Virus record (IMG/VR): IMGVR_UViG_3300024989_000227
Direction: 5' to 3' (one strand)
Source: an uncultured virus (IMG/VR IMGVR_UViG_3300024989_000227)
Taxonomy: Duplodnaviria > Heunggongvirae > Uroviricota > Caudoviricetes
Length of the DNA stretch: 64,000 bases
In this document: positions 54,977 to 64,000 of the stretch, one piece after another
Position numbering within the stretch: the stretch's first letter is position 1
Layout of the letters: each line of letters starts with the position of its first letter
Notes under the pieces: model-generated
What the model saw: the letters and a program-made list of their open reading frames with translations, nothing else
The model's database searches: none
What the model was told of the DNA's origin: nothing
Program-made: the position numbers and the translations under genes

Positions 54977-55410
54977 AGTGTTACATTTTTGATATCGACG
55001 GGACGCTGTCGAACACAGCGCACCGTCTGCACCACATTCAGAAGTCACCGAAGGATTGGGACAGCTTCTTCGGCGCGCAGCACCTCGATCGTGAGCATAG
55101 GCATGTCGTCGGCGTGGCGCTTTTGCTTGCGCTCACGACGAAGATTGTCTTTTGCACGGGCCGTCCTGAAACGTACCGGGAAGTGACCCGAAGGTGGCTG
55201 AATAGGTGCGGGTTCGATTCTTACAGCCCGCTTTACATGCGTCCGGCCAACGATCGGCGCGACGACGACATCATCAAGAGCGAACTGCTCGACCGGATGA
55301 TCCTGGACGGCTTCGATCCGATCATGGCTTTCGACGACCGAGATCGTGTCGTGGCGATGTGGCGTGCGCGCGGGGTGCCGTGCGCCCAGGTCGCCCCAGG
55401 CAATTTCTGA
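54973..55410 (+). CDS. HAD phosphatase (polynucleotide 3'-phosphatase-like)
   Basis: FDIDGTL, CTGRPE, LYMRP..D.R.D..IK and FDDR motifs. Confidence 0.88.
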   Translation: MKCYIFDIDGTLSNTAHRLHHIQKSPKDWDSFFGAQHLDREHRHVVGVALLLALTTKIVFCTGRPETYREVTRRWLNRCGFDSYSPLYMRPANDRRDDDIIKSELLDRMILDGFDPIMAFDDRDRVVAMWRARGVPCAQVAPGNF

Positions 55411-55484
55411 ATTGGCATTCGTTGGCTGACGGGAGCGAGGACAACGCCGACACTGACCGGGATTTCACAACAGGGGATTTGAAC

Positions 55485-56066
55485 ATGACCAAGACTGCAA
55501 TCTTCATCGACGGTGCCAACGTATACGCGACTGCCAAGGCGCTAGGCATAGAGATCGATTACAAAGCACTGCTGGCAGAGTCCAATCGCCGCGGTACCGT
55601 GGTGCGAGCCTTTTATTATACGGCGGTGCTGGAGGGGCAGGAATTCTCCTCGATCCGGCCGTTGCTTGATTGGCTCGATTACAATGGGTTTTCCGTCGTC
55701 ACCAAGCCGACGAAGGAGTTCGTCGACGCCGCGGGACGCCGGAAGATCAAGGGCAACATGGATATCGAGCTTGCCGTTGATGCGCTCGAGCTGGCGCCTC
55801 ACGTCGATCACATCGTCATTTTTTCCGGCGATGGCGACTTCCGGTCCGTGGTGGCGGCGGTCCAGCGCCGCGGCGTTCGTGTAACGGTCGTCTCCTCGAT
55901 CAAGACCCAGCCGCCCATGATCGCCGATGAATTGCGTCGGCAGGCCGATGTGTTCGTCGATCTCGTATCGCTGAGGCACATCATCGGCCGCGATCGAACC
56001 GACCTCGACCCAGCGCAATCCCACACCAGGTTTGCAGTATCTCCCGACACAGCCCCGACCACGTGA
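55485..56066 (+). CDS. NYN/LabA (DUF88) PIN-like nuclease
   Basis: FIDGAN, KGNMDIELAVD, SGDGDF and ELRRQAD motifs; ATG 55485 after AGGGGA. Confidence 0.92.
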   Translation: MTKTAIFIDGANVYATAKALGIEIDYKALLAESNRRGTVVRAFYYTAVLEGQEFSSIRPLLDWLDYNGFSVVTKPTKEFVDAAGRRKIKGNMDIELAVDALELAPHVDHIVIFSGDGDFRSVVAAVQRRGVRVTVVSSIKTQPPMIADELRRQADVFVDLVSLRHIIGRDRTDLDPAQSHTRFAVSPDTAPTT

Positions 56067-56078
56067 GGAATAGATAAA

Positions 56079-57788
56079 ATGGATACCATTGACATCCCGC
56101 TTTCCAGCCTGAAGCGCGACCCGGCCAATGCCCGTAAGACCGAGCTCGCGCCGCTTAAGTCCTTCATCTCATCGGTGAAGGAGCACGGCATTCTCGAGCC
56201 CATGACGGTTCGGAAAGGCGAAAATTGCTACTTCGTCACGAACGGCGGCAAGCGACTCTCCGCGCTCGAGCATCTCGTCCAGAAGAAGGAGATCGACGCC
56301 AAGATCACGGTACCGTGCATCGTCCGGGAAGTCAGCGATACGGATGCGCTCGATATCAGTCTCGCCATGAACCACATGCGCGAGGATATGCACCCGGTCG
56401 ATGAATACGAAGCGTTCGCGAAGCTGATCGCGGATGGCACGACGGAAGATGACATTCGCAAGCGGTACGGCCTGACCCCGCGTGAACTGGCGCAGTCGCT
56501 GGCGCTAGGCCGGCTGTCGCCGGCGATCCGCAAGGCCTGGGCGGCAGGTGAACTTGAGGAGGAGGTTGCCCGCGCCTTCACCTTGGAGTCCGATCAGAAG
56601 CGGCAGGAGGAGATATTCAACCGCAACTTCGGAAAGCGGAAGGGCGGCGCGACCGCCTACATGATCCGGCAGGCGATCGTCGGTGACGGCCGAACCGCCG
56701 GCGCGATGCTTCGCTTCGTTGGGCTCGATGTCTACCGCGATGCCGGCGGCGCTACGACCGAGGATTTGTTTTCTGACGAGAAGGGCGCAGGACCGATGGC
56801 GACGGACCTGACGCTGCTCAAAAAGCTCTATGACAAGAAAATCAAGGACCGCGTCAAGGAGCTAAAGGCCGAAGGCTGGAAATGGGTCGAGTATCAGTCC
56901 GATCTCCCGTCTGGTGCTTATTACTGGCCATCGACCGCGAAGACCAAGATCAAGGCTGAGGATCGCGGCAAGTATGGCGTGATCGTCCACGTCAACAACT
57001 ACAGCGCCGAGGTCGAGTTCAAGTACGGTGTTCAGAAGCCGAGCGCGGCAAGCAAGAAGAAGCCGGCCAAGACCAAAGACGGCACGCTGGAGGTGGCGCT
57101 GTCGGCTACGCTCTGCGACAAGATTTCCAATCAAATTACCGAGGCGGCGGCGTCGGTTCTCCGCAACGATCCGAACTTGGCGCTCGCCGTCGCTGCTGCT
57201 TCGTTTCTCAGCTATCACGGCCCGTCCGATATTCGAAGCAATCGCTTCGTGACCGATTTCGACGATGAGGATGAGTTCGCGGTCAACCTGGTCGTTATGC
57301 GGGGAAAAACGACCGACGAACTGCATAAGGTGATCGCGGATGTCGCGGCGAGGTCTCTTCATCTCGGCGGGCAGTCTGTGCACAGCCTTCCGCTGGCGGA
57401 GCGTGAGGACGGCGATAGCGATACCGCAGCGCTGCTAAACGCACTCGACGCCAAGCAACTCAACGCGGCGCTGCGTACCGCGTTTGATGCGGCCGGATAT
57501 TTCGCCGGCATCCCACGCGAAATGATCGTTCTGGCGATCAAGGAGATCGACGGCGCACAGCCGGTCAACGTGAACGGGAAGAAGGGAGATCTCGTCAAGC
57601 TGGCGACCGAGTTGGCAGCGGCGTCGAATGCCGGCGGTAAGCCGGGCTACCTGCCACCGGAAATGCGGACAGCGTCCTACAACGGCCCGCAGGCGAAGAA
57701 GGTCGCTCCGGCGACAAAGCCCGCCAAGCCGCCGGCCAAGACCACCAAGGCAAAGTCGGTGAAAACTGCGAAGAAGAGGGCAGCCTGA
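56079..57788 (+). CDS. ParB/Spo0J family protein
   Basis: NARK, HGILEPMTV, NGGKRL and NHMREDMHPVDEYEAF motifs. Confidence 0.88.
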   Translation: MDTIDIPLSSLKRDPANARKTELAPLKSFISSVKEHGILEPMTVRKGENCYFVTNGGKRLSALEHLVQKKEIDAKITVPCIVREVSDTDALDISLAMNHMREDMHPVDEYEAFAKLIADGTTEDDIRKRYGLTPRELAQSLALGRLSPAIRKAWAAGELEEEVARAFTLESDQKRQEEIFNRNFGKRKGGATAYMIRQAIVGDGRTAGAMLRFVGLDVYRDAGGATTEDLFSDEKGAGPMATDLTLLKKLYDKKIKDRVKELKAEGWKWVEYQSDLPSGAYYWPSTAKTKIKAEDRGKYGVIVHVNNYSAEVEFKYGVQKPSAASKKKPAKTKDGTLEVALSATLCDKISNQITEAAASVLRNDPNLALAVAAASFLSYHGPSDIRSNRFVTDFDDEDEFAVNLVVMRGKTTDELHKVIADVAARSLHLGGQSVHSLPLAEREDGDSDTAALLNALDAKQLNAALRTAFDAAGYFAGIPREMIVLAIKEIDGAQPVNVNGKKGDLVKLATELAAASNAGGKPGYLPPEMRTASYNGPQAKKVAPATKPAKPPAKTTKAKSVKTAKKRAA

Positions 57789-58081
57789 TGCCAAAGAGCA
57801 TCGGCGAGCAAATCATCGACAGGGCCTGTCTGGCCACCGTCGACGCGCAACCGCTCGCGGCTGAGATCGATGCCGCGATTGCCGATGCCTTCAAGGTGGG
57901 TTTCGAGCACGCTGTTCACGGCGGCAAAGAGGCGGCCCGCAAGCTGCCGCAGATCAAAAACGCCTTGCCGCTGGTTATCTATTTCGTCAACGACGCCGAC
58001 CGGAAGGAATTTTCCGACGCGATGCACGAGGCGAAGCCCGGCCTGGTCGAGTGCAGGATTCCGGAGGGACGAAATGGCTGA
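57788..58081 (+). CDS. Hypothetical protein
   Basis: TGATG coupling to the ParB gene. Confidence 0.55.
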   Translation: MPKSIGEQIIDRACLATVDAQPLAAEIDAAIADAFKVGFEHAVHGGKEAARKLPQIKNALPLVIYFVNDADRKEFSDAMHEAKPGLVECRIPEGRNG

Positions 58082-58496
58082 TGTCACCGGTCCAATATCC
58101 ACGCTGCGCGGCGCGCGCCACAAACTTCCAGACGGCCAGATGTGTGACGATCACCCGGATCGTCCCGCGGTTGCTCGCATTCAAGGCGAAACTGACTCTT
58201 TCGGCTCCGAGATGAACGACCTGTGCCAGGAATGCCTGCACAGGTATCGCGACTGGCAGAATTCGCCTGAAGCCGCTGAGGCGCGCTCCGGCCGTTGTGA
58301 ATGGTGCAAATCCGAGGTCACCGACCTTCGAGATGCCCGCGATTTCGACGAGGGCCTGTCGGGGCGCGTCTACCGCATCTGCGGTGCCTGCATCAAGAAA
58401 CAGAACGAGCGTCTCGCCGAGGAAGCGGACGAATTCGACGACGGTGTTTGGGATGACGACGACTATGACGACTATGAGGAGGACGATCAATTATGA
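58074..58496 (+). CDS. Zinc-finger protein
   Basis: CDDH...CQEC...CEWC...CGAC; acidic tail; GGAGG RBS. Confidence 0.7.
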   Translation: MADVTGPISTLRGARHKLPDGQMCDDHPDRPAVARIQGETDSFGSEMNDLCQECLHRYRDWQNSPEAAEARSGRCEWCKSEVTDLRDARDFDEGLSGRVYRICGACIKKQNERLAEEADEFDDGVWDDDDYDDYEEDDQL

Positions 58497-58900
58497 CCAA
58501 TACTGAATCGGTACCGTCAATCGATCCGAGCGACAACGCCAAAGAGAACGATGGCTGGGAATGGGCAATCGTTGAGATTATGGGACATCGCAAGCATGCC
58601 GGCCGCGTGCGGGAGGAGGAACGCTTTGGCAGCAAGATGCTGCGAATTGACGTGCCGACGTTCGCGCCGGCGCGCACGCTGTTCGATGCGGCCGACGGCA
58701 AACCGGACACTCCCGAAATCGTTTGGCAGACGCACTATTATAGCGGCGGCTCGATCTTCAGCTTCACGTTAACCGACGAAGCCTCGGTGATGCAGGCGAA
58801 TAAGCCCTACGAGTCCCCGTATCGGATGCGTTTGCCGCCGCCTGAAGCGCCGCAGAACGACGAATATTCCGACGCCGGCTACGACGACGAGGAGGGGTAG
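58493..58900 (+). CDS. Conserved phage hypothetical protein
   Basis: WAIVEIMGHR..AGRV.E..FG..MLRIDVP motif. Confidence 0.7.
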   Translation: MTNTESVPSIDPSDNAKENDGWEWAIVEIMGHRKHAGRVREEERFGSKMLRIDVPTFAPARTLFDAADGKPDTPEIVWQTHYYSGGSIFSFTLTDEASVMQANKPYESPYRMRLPPPEAPQNDEYSDAGYDDEEG

Positions 58901-58904
58901 CCAG

Positions 58905-59018
58905 ATGGAATATCTCAACTGGGCGGCCGAGCATTGGCTGCTGACCATCGTCCTGGCATCCATCGCGGGTGTCACGCTGATAGGCGTCGCCGCCGGTATC
59001 GGAGGTTTGCGCCGATGA
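58905..59018 (+). CDS. Small membrane peptide (37 aa; absent from the ORF track)
   Basis: MEYLNWAAEHWLLTIVLASIAGVTLIGVAAGIGGLRR; GGAGGGG RBS. Confidence 0.5.
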   Translation: MEYLNWAAEHWLLTIVLASIAGVTLIGVAAGIGGLRR

Positions 59019-59236
59019 TGTCGCGCGACGGGCACCTCGACTGGTGCAAGCAACGGTCTCTTCAGCACCTGAACTCAGGCGACGCGGCAGGCGCAGTGGC
59101 GTCGATGATTAGCGATCTCGGGAAGTGGGAGAAGCCGCTTTACGATCCGGCGGTGTTTCGGACGCTCGTGATGGACGGGATAATGTTCCGCAAGACGGCC
59201 GCTGACGTACAGAACTGGATTGAGGGGTTCAACTGA
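59015..59236 (+). CDS. Hypothetical protein
   Basis: HLDWCKQR.L..L...AVASM.SDL.K...WIEGFN; GGAGG RBS. Confidence 0.65.
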   Translation: MMSRDGHLDWCKQRSLQHLNSGDAAGAVASMISDLGKWEKPLYDPAVFRTLVMDGIMFRKTAADVQNWIEGFN

Positions 59237-59946
59237 TGTCGCGCGATATCCCGATCATCTTTGGCGCGGCGATGGTGCAGGCGCTTCTCGCTGACCGCAA
59301 GAGCATGACGCGACGGCTGGCGTGGCGGAATGAACACGACGAGTGCATCTCGGAATCTGAACTCCAAAAACTTCAGTCCAGGGGTTGGGATGCGATAGAC
59401 GGGGATGGGGACAGTGTCACGCTCGCAAAGCGTTCAGCCTGGCAAGAGGTGAAGATCGGTGATCGGCTTTGGGTGCGAGAGTCCGTTCAAGCCGAGCCTG
59501 ATGCCGACGGTTGGGATGGAGTGCGATACCGTGCCGACAAAAAGTGGATCGGTTCAACTGCTGACAATGCGAACGAAGCGGATAGATTCCTTGCCCTCTA
59601 TCACTACGGAAAGAAGCGCGGCGTCGGTGTTCCTTCAATCCACATGCCGCGCTGGGCTTCTCGCCTGACACTGATCGTCACCGTCGTGAAAATCGAGCGG
59701 CTGCAAGATATCACCGAGGCCGATTCGATCGCAGAAGGCGTGGTCGAGGACGACGGCAGCGAGCCGGATATCTTCTACGTCCCCGGCGCCAGTCTCCATC
59801 ACGCGGACAAGGCGTCGAAGGTTTTCCGTTATCTGTGGGAGTCCATCAACGGGCTGGATTCATGGACAGCGAATCCGGAGATCGTGGCGCTGTCGTTCCG
59901 TGTCATCCAAGCGAACATCGATACACTGGAGGCGACGTCAGCATGA
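59236..59946 (+). CDS. ASCH-domain phage protein
   Basis: IIF...MV.A.L..RK..TRR, GDRLWVRE, PSIHMPRWASR and ERLQDI motifs. Confidence 0.8.
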   Translation: MSRDIPIIFGAAMVQALLADRKSMTRRLAWRNEHDECISESELQKLQSRGWDAIDGDGDSVTLAKRSAWQEVKIGDRLWVRESVQAEPDADGWDGVRYRADKKWIGSTADNANEADRFLALYHYGKKRGVGVPSIHMPRWASRLTLIVTVVKIERLQDITEADSIAEGVVEDDGSEPDIFYVPGASLHHADKASKVFRYLWESINGLDSWTANPEIVALSFRVIQANIDTLEATSA

Positions 59947-61520
59947 CCAACAACCACGACGATCTTCGCGCGCAGCTCCGCCGCCTCGCCTCATCTGATA
60001 GCGGGGTGAAGGTGCGGGAGTTGACTTGGCGAGAGTATCCATCTGGCAATTGCGACGCTGATGTCTATTCGATCAGTAACACTTACGGACAAGGCCCGAG
60101 AAAATATGTTCTTGCGCGTGGCTTCGCGATACTCGGATACTTCGATGAAGTAGATGCCGCCAAAGCCGCAGCGCAGGCCGATTACGAGACTCGCATCCGG
60201 TCGGCACTGGTTGAAGTGCCAGCGGTGAAGGGCGAGCCTGAGCGTGTGGCGACACCGGGTGTGGCGCTTTTGAACAAGCTGTGGTCGCAGATTTATGACA
60301 AGAGGCCAGCGGGCGATCCGAAGGACACCTATCGGGAGTTAAAGGCCATCCTTACCGCCCCACCGGCAGACGCCGGGATGCGAGAAGCGTTGGAAAGCCT
60401 TCAAGCATGGTGCGACAATCAAGGGGCGCTGTTAGGAGCGGTTGACGGCTATGATTATCATAGCGGTCAAGAGGCGGCATATCGTCATGTGTCCATCGAA
60501 ATTGGGAAGCGCATGGACGCGGCCCTCACCGCGCCCGGCGCGACGACGAAATCTGACGGCGGCTGCTTAGGCTCTCTGCCTTCGGGAGAGAGTGAGCCTG
60601 CGGTGACGCCGGCTTGGTCGCCGTCAGACCCTTCATCCACCCGCTCCGAATCCTGCCTTGATCGCAGCCCGCTGAGAGACTCGGAGATAAAGAGAACTAA
60701 GCAACTCGCAGAACGCTTTGGATGGGAGCCAACCCGCAGCGAGGTGACGGTGGAGGATATGCCGACCGAGAATACGACAATTGGCGGGGTCACATGGCAC
60801 AGCAGCGAAGAAGATGGCGGCCCCGACGTTGGCATCAGCGTCTATCTCGCCCCCGATGATCGGCTGTGGTGCGGTGAGATCAGCCGACGGTTGTTCGAGG
60901 GGCACGATGGGTCAGCACACTTCGACAGCGATGGCGGTGCGTTCATCGTCCGGTTTAATGGCAAAGACACCACGCTGATCGCAAAGTGTGCCGATCTCGA
61001 TACCGGACGAGAGTTTGTTGAGCAGGTCGCCGCATGGGTTCGCGCCACCCCGTCCTCGCGCCCGGAGGTGAGCGATAGTGATTGCGAGGATCAAGGTCTT
61101 TGTTCGACCGATGAGTGCATAAAATTCTCTTGTCAGACATGGAACGGTGACGGGATCGTCCGACCGAAGCTCGTACAGCGAGGGCCGTACTGGGTCTGCC
61201 CTAAATGTCACAGCAGCTACGGAGCCGACGCCAAAGGCTCTCAGCCGGCAGGAAACCTCCTAGAGATGGCGGCTAAAGCGGCCTTCCGTGAGGCACAGAG
61301 CGTTTATCGATCCGACCATGACCATTTTCCGCTGACCAACACGTGGGAAGGCGCAGGCGATAGCGTGCGCAACGGCTGGCGAAAGATCGCTTTGGCCGTG
61401 TTGCTTTCTCAGGACGAATACGCCATCGCCAAAATCATCTTGCCTTACTTCGACGAAGATAATTGCACATTGGACGCCGCCCGCGCCCTCTTGTCCGCCT
61501 ACAGCGAGGGGAAGCGGTGA
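59943..61520 (+). CDS. Mosaic Ead/Ea22-like early protein
   Basis: AKAAAQADYETRIRSAL motif; patchwork of short modules; ATG 59943. Confidence 0.65.
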   Translation: MTNNHDDLRAQLRRLASSDSGVKVRELTWREYPSGNCDADVYSISNTYGQGPRKYVLARGFAILGYFDEVDAAKAAAQADYETRIRSALVEVPAVKGEPERVATPGVALLNKLWSQIYDKRPAGDPKDTYRELKAILTAPPADAGMREALESLQAWCDNQGALLGAVDGYDYHSGQEAAYRHVSIEIGKRMDAALTAPGATTKSDGGCLGSLPSGESEPAVTPAWSPSDPSSTRSESCLDRSPLRDSEIKRTKQLAERFGWEPTRSEVTVEDMPTENTTIGGVTWHSSEEDGGPDVGISVYLAPDDRLWCGEISRRLFEGHDGSAHFDSDGGAFIVRFNGKDTTLIAKCADLDTGREFVEQVAAWVRATPSSRPEVSDSDCEDQGLCSTDECIKFSCQTWNGDGIVRPKLVQRGPYWVCPKCHSSYGADAKGSQPAGNLLEMAAKAAFREAQSVYRSDHDHFPLTNTWEGAGDSVRNGWRKIALAVLLSQDEYAIAKIILPYFDEDNCTLDAARALLSAYSEGKR

Positions 61521-61810
61521 TGGCAGAGATCGTCAAACTGAAACGTAAGCCCCGCCCGCTGCGAGCTACCTACCAGCCGAAAGCGCCATATCAAGTCGAG
61601 CGTGAGGATTGGGACGATGGCACGATCGCGTTCCACGTCACCGACATGCGTCCCGGCACATATCGGACGGTCTGTACCGTCGACGACGACGGTGGTGCGG
61701 CTCCCTACGCCAAGCATGACGCCGAGCAAATCGCACGCGGACTGAACATGCTCGTTCAATATGGGCTGGAACAGCTTCCAAATGTCCGCGATCCGGATTT
61801 GGAGGACTGA
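61520..61810 (+). CDS. Hypothetical protein
   Basis: TGATG coupling. Confidence 0.55.
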   Translation: MAEIVKLKRKPRPLRATYQPKAPYQVEREDWDDGTIAFHVTDMRPGTYRTVCTVDDDGGAAPYAKHDAEQIARGLNMLVQYGLEQLPNVRDPDLED

Positions 61811-61816
61811 CCGCCC

Positions 61817-62554
61817 ATGACAAGCATCAAGGATGCGCCGCTCGGCTTTCAGCCCCGCAAGCACTACTTCGCGCCGAGCGATGATGATTGCGATTTTTGC
61901 AGTCGATGCGGTCACAATTTCCGCAACGCTAACATGCATTGCAAGAACGATGAACGGCCGGAGACAGATGCGCAGTACATAGCCCGCCTTGAGGGTTACG
62001 TGTCGTCTTATGGCGTGCTGCTCGACAACATGCGAACGATGGCCGAGTCGTTCGCGGCAATGCGAAACGATCTCAGCGAAGTCTTCCCTATCCAATCGGA
62101 AGAAGCCGATTTGTTGCAGGGGCCGGAGTTCGGACACCAGTGCACAGTCATCGTCGAAGCGGCACGTGCGGCATGGAACACCCGCGCACCCACCCTGTCC
62201 TCGCCAGATAGGGAGAAGGTGGCGCGGATCATTGCCCCCATGGCCTTCGCGAAGTACGACGCCGAACTCGCAAATGATCGACACGCGGATAACGGGCGTC
62301 GATGGGCCGACGTTGTATACGGCGATGCGATCAATGACGCTCTGCACAGAGCCGACGACGCAATTGCACTGATCCTCTCCACCCTTGCCCCGGATGAAGC
62401 GGCAATACGCGCTGATGACGGGTTAATCGCAGATGTATCCGTAGCACTGCGCAATCTGCAAGCAGGCGGCGCAAAAGCTGTAGCCGACACAATCGAGATA
62501 TTGGACCGTGCGCTCAATCGCGCCGCCATTCGCTCGAACGGGGGTGGATCATGA
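61817..62554 (+). CDS. Mosaic hypothetical protein
   Basis: GGAGG RBS; CSRC; AAWNTRA motif. Confidence 0.6.
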   Translation: MTSIKDAPLGFQPRKHYFAPSDDDCDFCSRCGHNFRNANMHCKNDERPETDAQYIARLEGYVSSYGVLLDNMRTMAESFAAMRNDLSEVFPIQSEEADLLQGPEFGHQCTVIVEAARAAWNTRAPTLSSPDREKVARIIAPMAFAKYDAELANDRHADNGRRWADVVYGDAINDALHRADDAIALILSTLAPDEAAIRADDGLIADVSVALRNLQAGGAKAVADTIEILDRALNRAAIRSNGGGS

Positions 62555-62799
62555 AGCTGACAAAGGCGCAGCGACGTGTGCTTGCTGTCGTTCATGAAGT
62601 TGGTGGGATTCACCGCTACGTCCAGTCGATGGATTGGCACCGGAAGTACCCGCAGGGATATGTGTCGCGGGTTTGCGGCAATTCAACCATCGAAGCCCCA
62701 AAACGAAAGGGCTTTCTGTGCGATGCGGGGTTTCTAAATGTAACGCTCACCCCTGCCGGCCGCGCTGCACTAGAGAAAGGGCAAGCCGATGAGCGCTAG
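62551..62799 (+). CDS. Hypothetical protein (small winged-helix-like)
   Basis: MKLTKAQRRVL...LTPAGRAAL. Confidence 0.6.
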   Translation: MKLTKAQRRVLAVVHEVGGIHRYVQSMDWHRKYPQGYVSRVCGNSTIEAPKRKGFLCDAGFLNVTLTPAGRAALEKGQADER

Positions 62800-63103
62800 A
62801 CTTCTGTCTGACAAGCTACGGAAGGTCGCAAGCGATTGTGCTGCGGATGATGACCTATGCACTTGCGAGGCCTGCCAGAGGGAATTCCCAATCGAAACCA
62901 TGACGCTGATGAGCGATAACTGGTTCTGTGAAGAATGCACGGCCGAGTGGCGCAAGCACTTTGACGCCTGCGATCACTCATGGACGCCGGAAACGGATGA
63001 GCACGGCGACCCCGGCCAGTATTGCACAAAGTGCAGCGGGTTCGTGCGCGACGAGGATGCTCACCTTCTCGCTCCTTCACTTCAGGCTAAGGAGGCAGGA
63101 TGA
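62789..63103 (+). CDS. Zinc-finger hypothetical protein
   Basis: CEAC, CEEC, CDH and CTKC. Confidence 0.6.
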   Translation: MSARLLSDKLRKVASDCAADDDLCTCEACQREFPIETMTLMSDNWFCEECTAEWRKHFDACDHSWTPETDEHGDPGQYCTKCSGFVRDEDAHLLAPSLQAKEAG

Positions 63104-63336
63104 CGAAGGCGCTTCCATTTACTGCTGCCGCGCTGGCGCGTGCGATCAAGGGTGCTGAAAGGGCCGGCAAACATGTGATTGGCGTCCGCGCCGATGGAAC
63201 TGTGTTGATCGGGGATAACCCGGCGAAGTTGGTTCCGGAGGTTGCCGCGTCCGAGCAGGATGATCCGTTCCTTCGAGGATGGGAAAGGGCGGAGCGTGCC
63301 GAGGCGAAAAGGAAGCGCAAACGACATGCTTCCTGA
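63100..63336 (+). CDS. Putative excisionase
   Basis: Small protein just upstream of the integrase; FT.A.LARAIK motif; AAGGAGG RBS. Confidence 0.55.
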   Translation: MTKALPFTAAALARAIKGAERAGKHVIGVRADGTVLIGDNPAKLVPEVAASEQDDPFLRGWERAERAEAKRKRKRHAS

Positions 63337-64000
63337 CGGAGTTCGACGTGTAAAGCGGCGAGGAGTTTCCTATTTCTATTGGGCTCCCGGCAGAGGTACC
63401 GATAGGGCGGTGAGGCCGATCCCACTCGGGAAGGATCACACGCACCCTGAATTTTGGGCGACGGTGCGGCGACTCCAGGCTGAAAACGGCAAGAGCGATA
63501 AGGGTTCGTTTCGGGCGCTCATCACTGAATATGAAACGTCCCCGACGTGGAACAGTCTGCGTAAACGCACCCAGGGTCACTATGCTCATCAACTCAATAA
63601 GGTCAGATCTGCTTGGGGCGATCTTGCCGTTAAAAGTCTCACCGCGGCCAGCATTCTACAGGTGAGGGCGAAGCTTGAACGCACGCCAGTAGCCGCGAAC
63701 CACTTCGTGGTGGTTCTTCGGACGCTATTGGCTTGGGGCCTCGAGCACGGCTACGGCGAACGAAACCCTGCAAATGATATTCGCCCCATCGAGATAAAGG
63801 ACGAGAAGAATGCCCGCCCGTGGCCGCAATGGGCCTACGAGTTCGTCATCGCGAACGCGCCGGAGCACCTGCGCCGTGCAGCTTTCCTTGGCCGCGCCAC
63901 CGGTCAGCGCCGGTCGGACCTCGTGCTGATGGGGAAGAAGAACCGCCGCGACGACGGGATAGCGTTCAAGATATCGAAGCTGCGGGGGAAAGAGCATTTC
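63326..64000 (+). CDS. int: Tyrosine recombinase / phage integrase (3' end outside the window; absent from the ORF track)
   Basis: Open from ATG 63326: MLPDGVRRVKRRGVSYFYW...AANH..VLRTLLAWG...NPA...ATGQRRSDL (catalytic Arg). Confidence 0.9.
   Translation, partial: MLPDGVRRVKRRGVSYFYWAPGRGTDRAVRPIPLGKDHTHPEFWATVRRLQAENGKSDKGSFRALITEYETSPTWNSLRKRTQGHYAHQLNKVRSAWGDLAVKSLTAASILQVRAKLERTPVAANHFVVVLRTLLAWGLEHGYGERNPANDIRPIEIKDEKNARPWPQWAYEFVIANAPEHLRRAAFLGRATGQRRSDLVLMGKKNRRDDGIAFKISKLRGKEHF

Larger units (their letters stand above)
1..64000. mobile_element. Temperate prophage (lambdoid layout, contractile tail); both boundaries lie outside or at the edges of the window
   Basis: Ordered lysis, tail, head, packaging, replication, cI/cro, recombination and integrase modules; no att repeats visible. 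Confidence 0.96.

Noticed and set aside
1..64000. attL/attR sites; tailocin or gene transfer agent identity
   Set aside because: The integrase runs off the right edge and no flanking repeat is visible; complete head, replication and immunity modules indicate a true prophage

Overview
The whole window is one integrated temperate phage with a lambdoid genome layout and a contractile (myovirus-type) tail. Its GcrA and LabA/NYN homologues point to an alphaproteobacterial host, probably Hyphomicrobiales. From left to right it carries: SRAP and morons (1-2107); a minus-strand late operon of lysis, tail, baseplate, head and packaging genes (2187-32811), interrupted by a plus-strand acyltransferase moron; a structured late leader (~32930-33245); a minus-strand early replication/regulation operon with DUF6362-like, helicase, ParB-like, RuvC-like, GcrA, CII-like and cro genes (33265-41977); the cI immunity region with five 17-bp operators; and a plus-strand early operon with YqaJ, SSAP, DnaQ, HNH, two HerA ATPases, HAD, NYN, ParB and ASCH genes, ending in an integrase cut by the window edge. 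No att site, tRNA, rRNA or CRISPR array was seen. The most unusual features are: (1) a translationally coupled pair of HerA/DUF87 ATPases, one with 2 winged-helix repeats and one with 5 repeats resembling the GcrA N-terminal domain; (2) three dispersed clusters of GTGACA/TGTCAC boxes; (3) a Nudix hydrolase fused to the prohead protease/scaffold; (4) a Gly-rich tail-fibre-like protein with a Sec signal peptide; (5) one ~60-aa module found in three different virion proteins; (6) a stand-alone DUF6527-like protein and CspA at the head of the late operon. All family names come from recognising motifs by eye, not from database searches.
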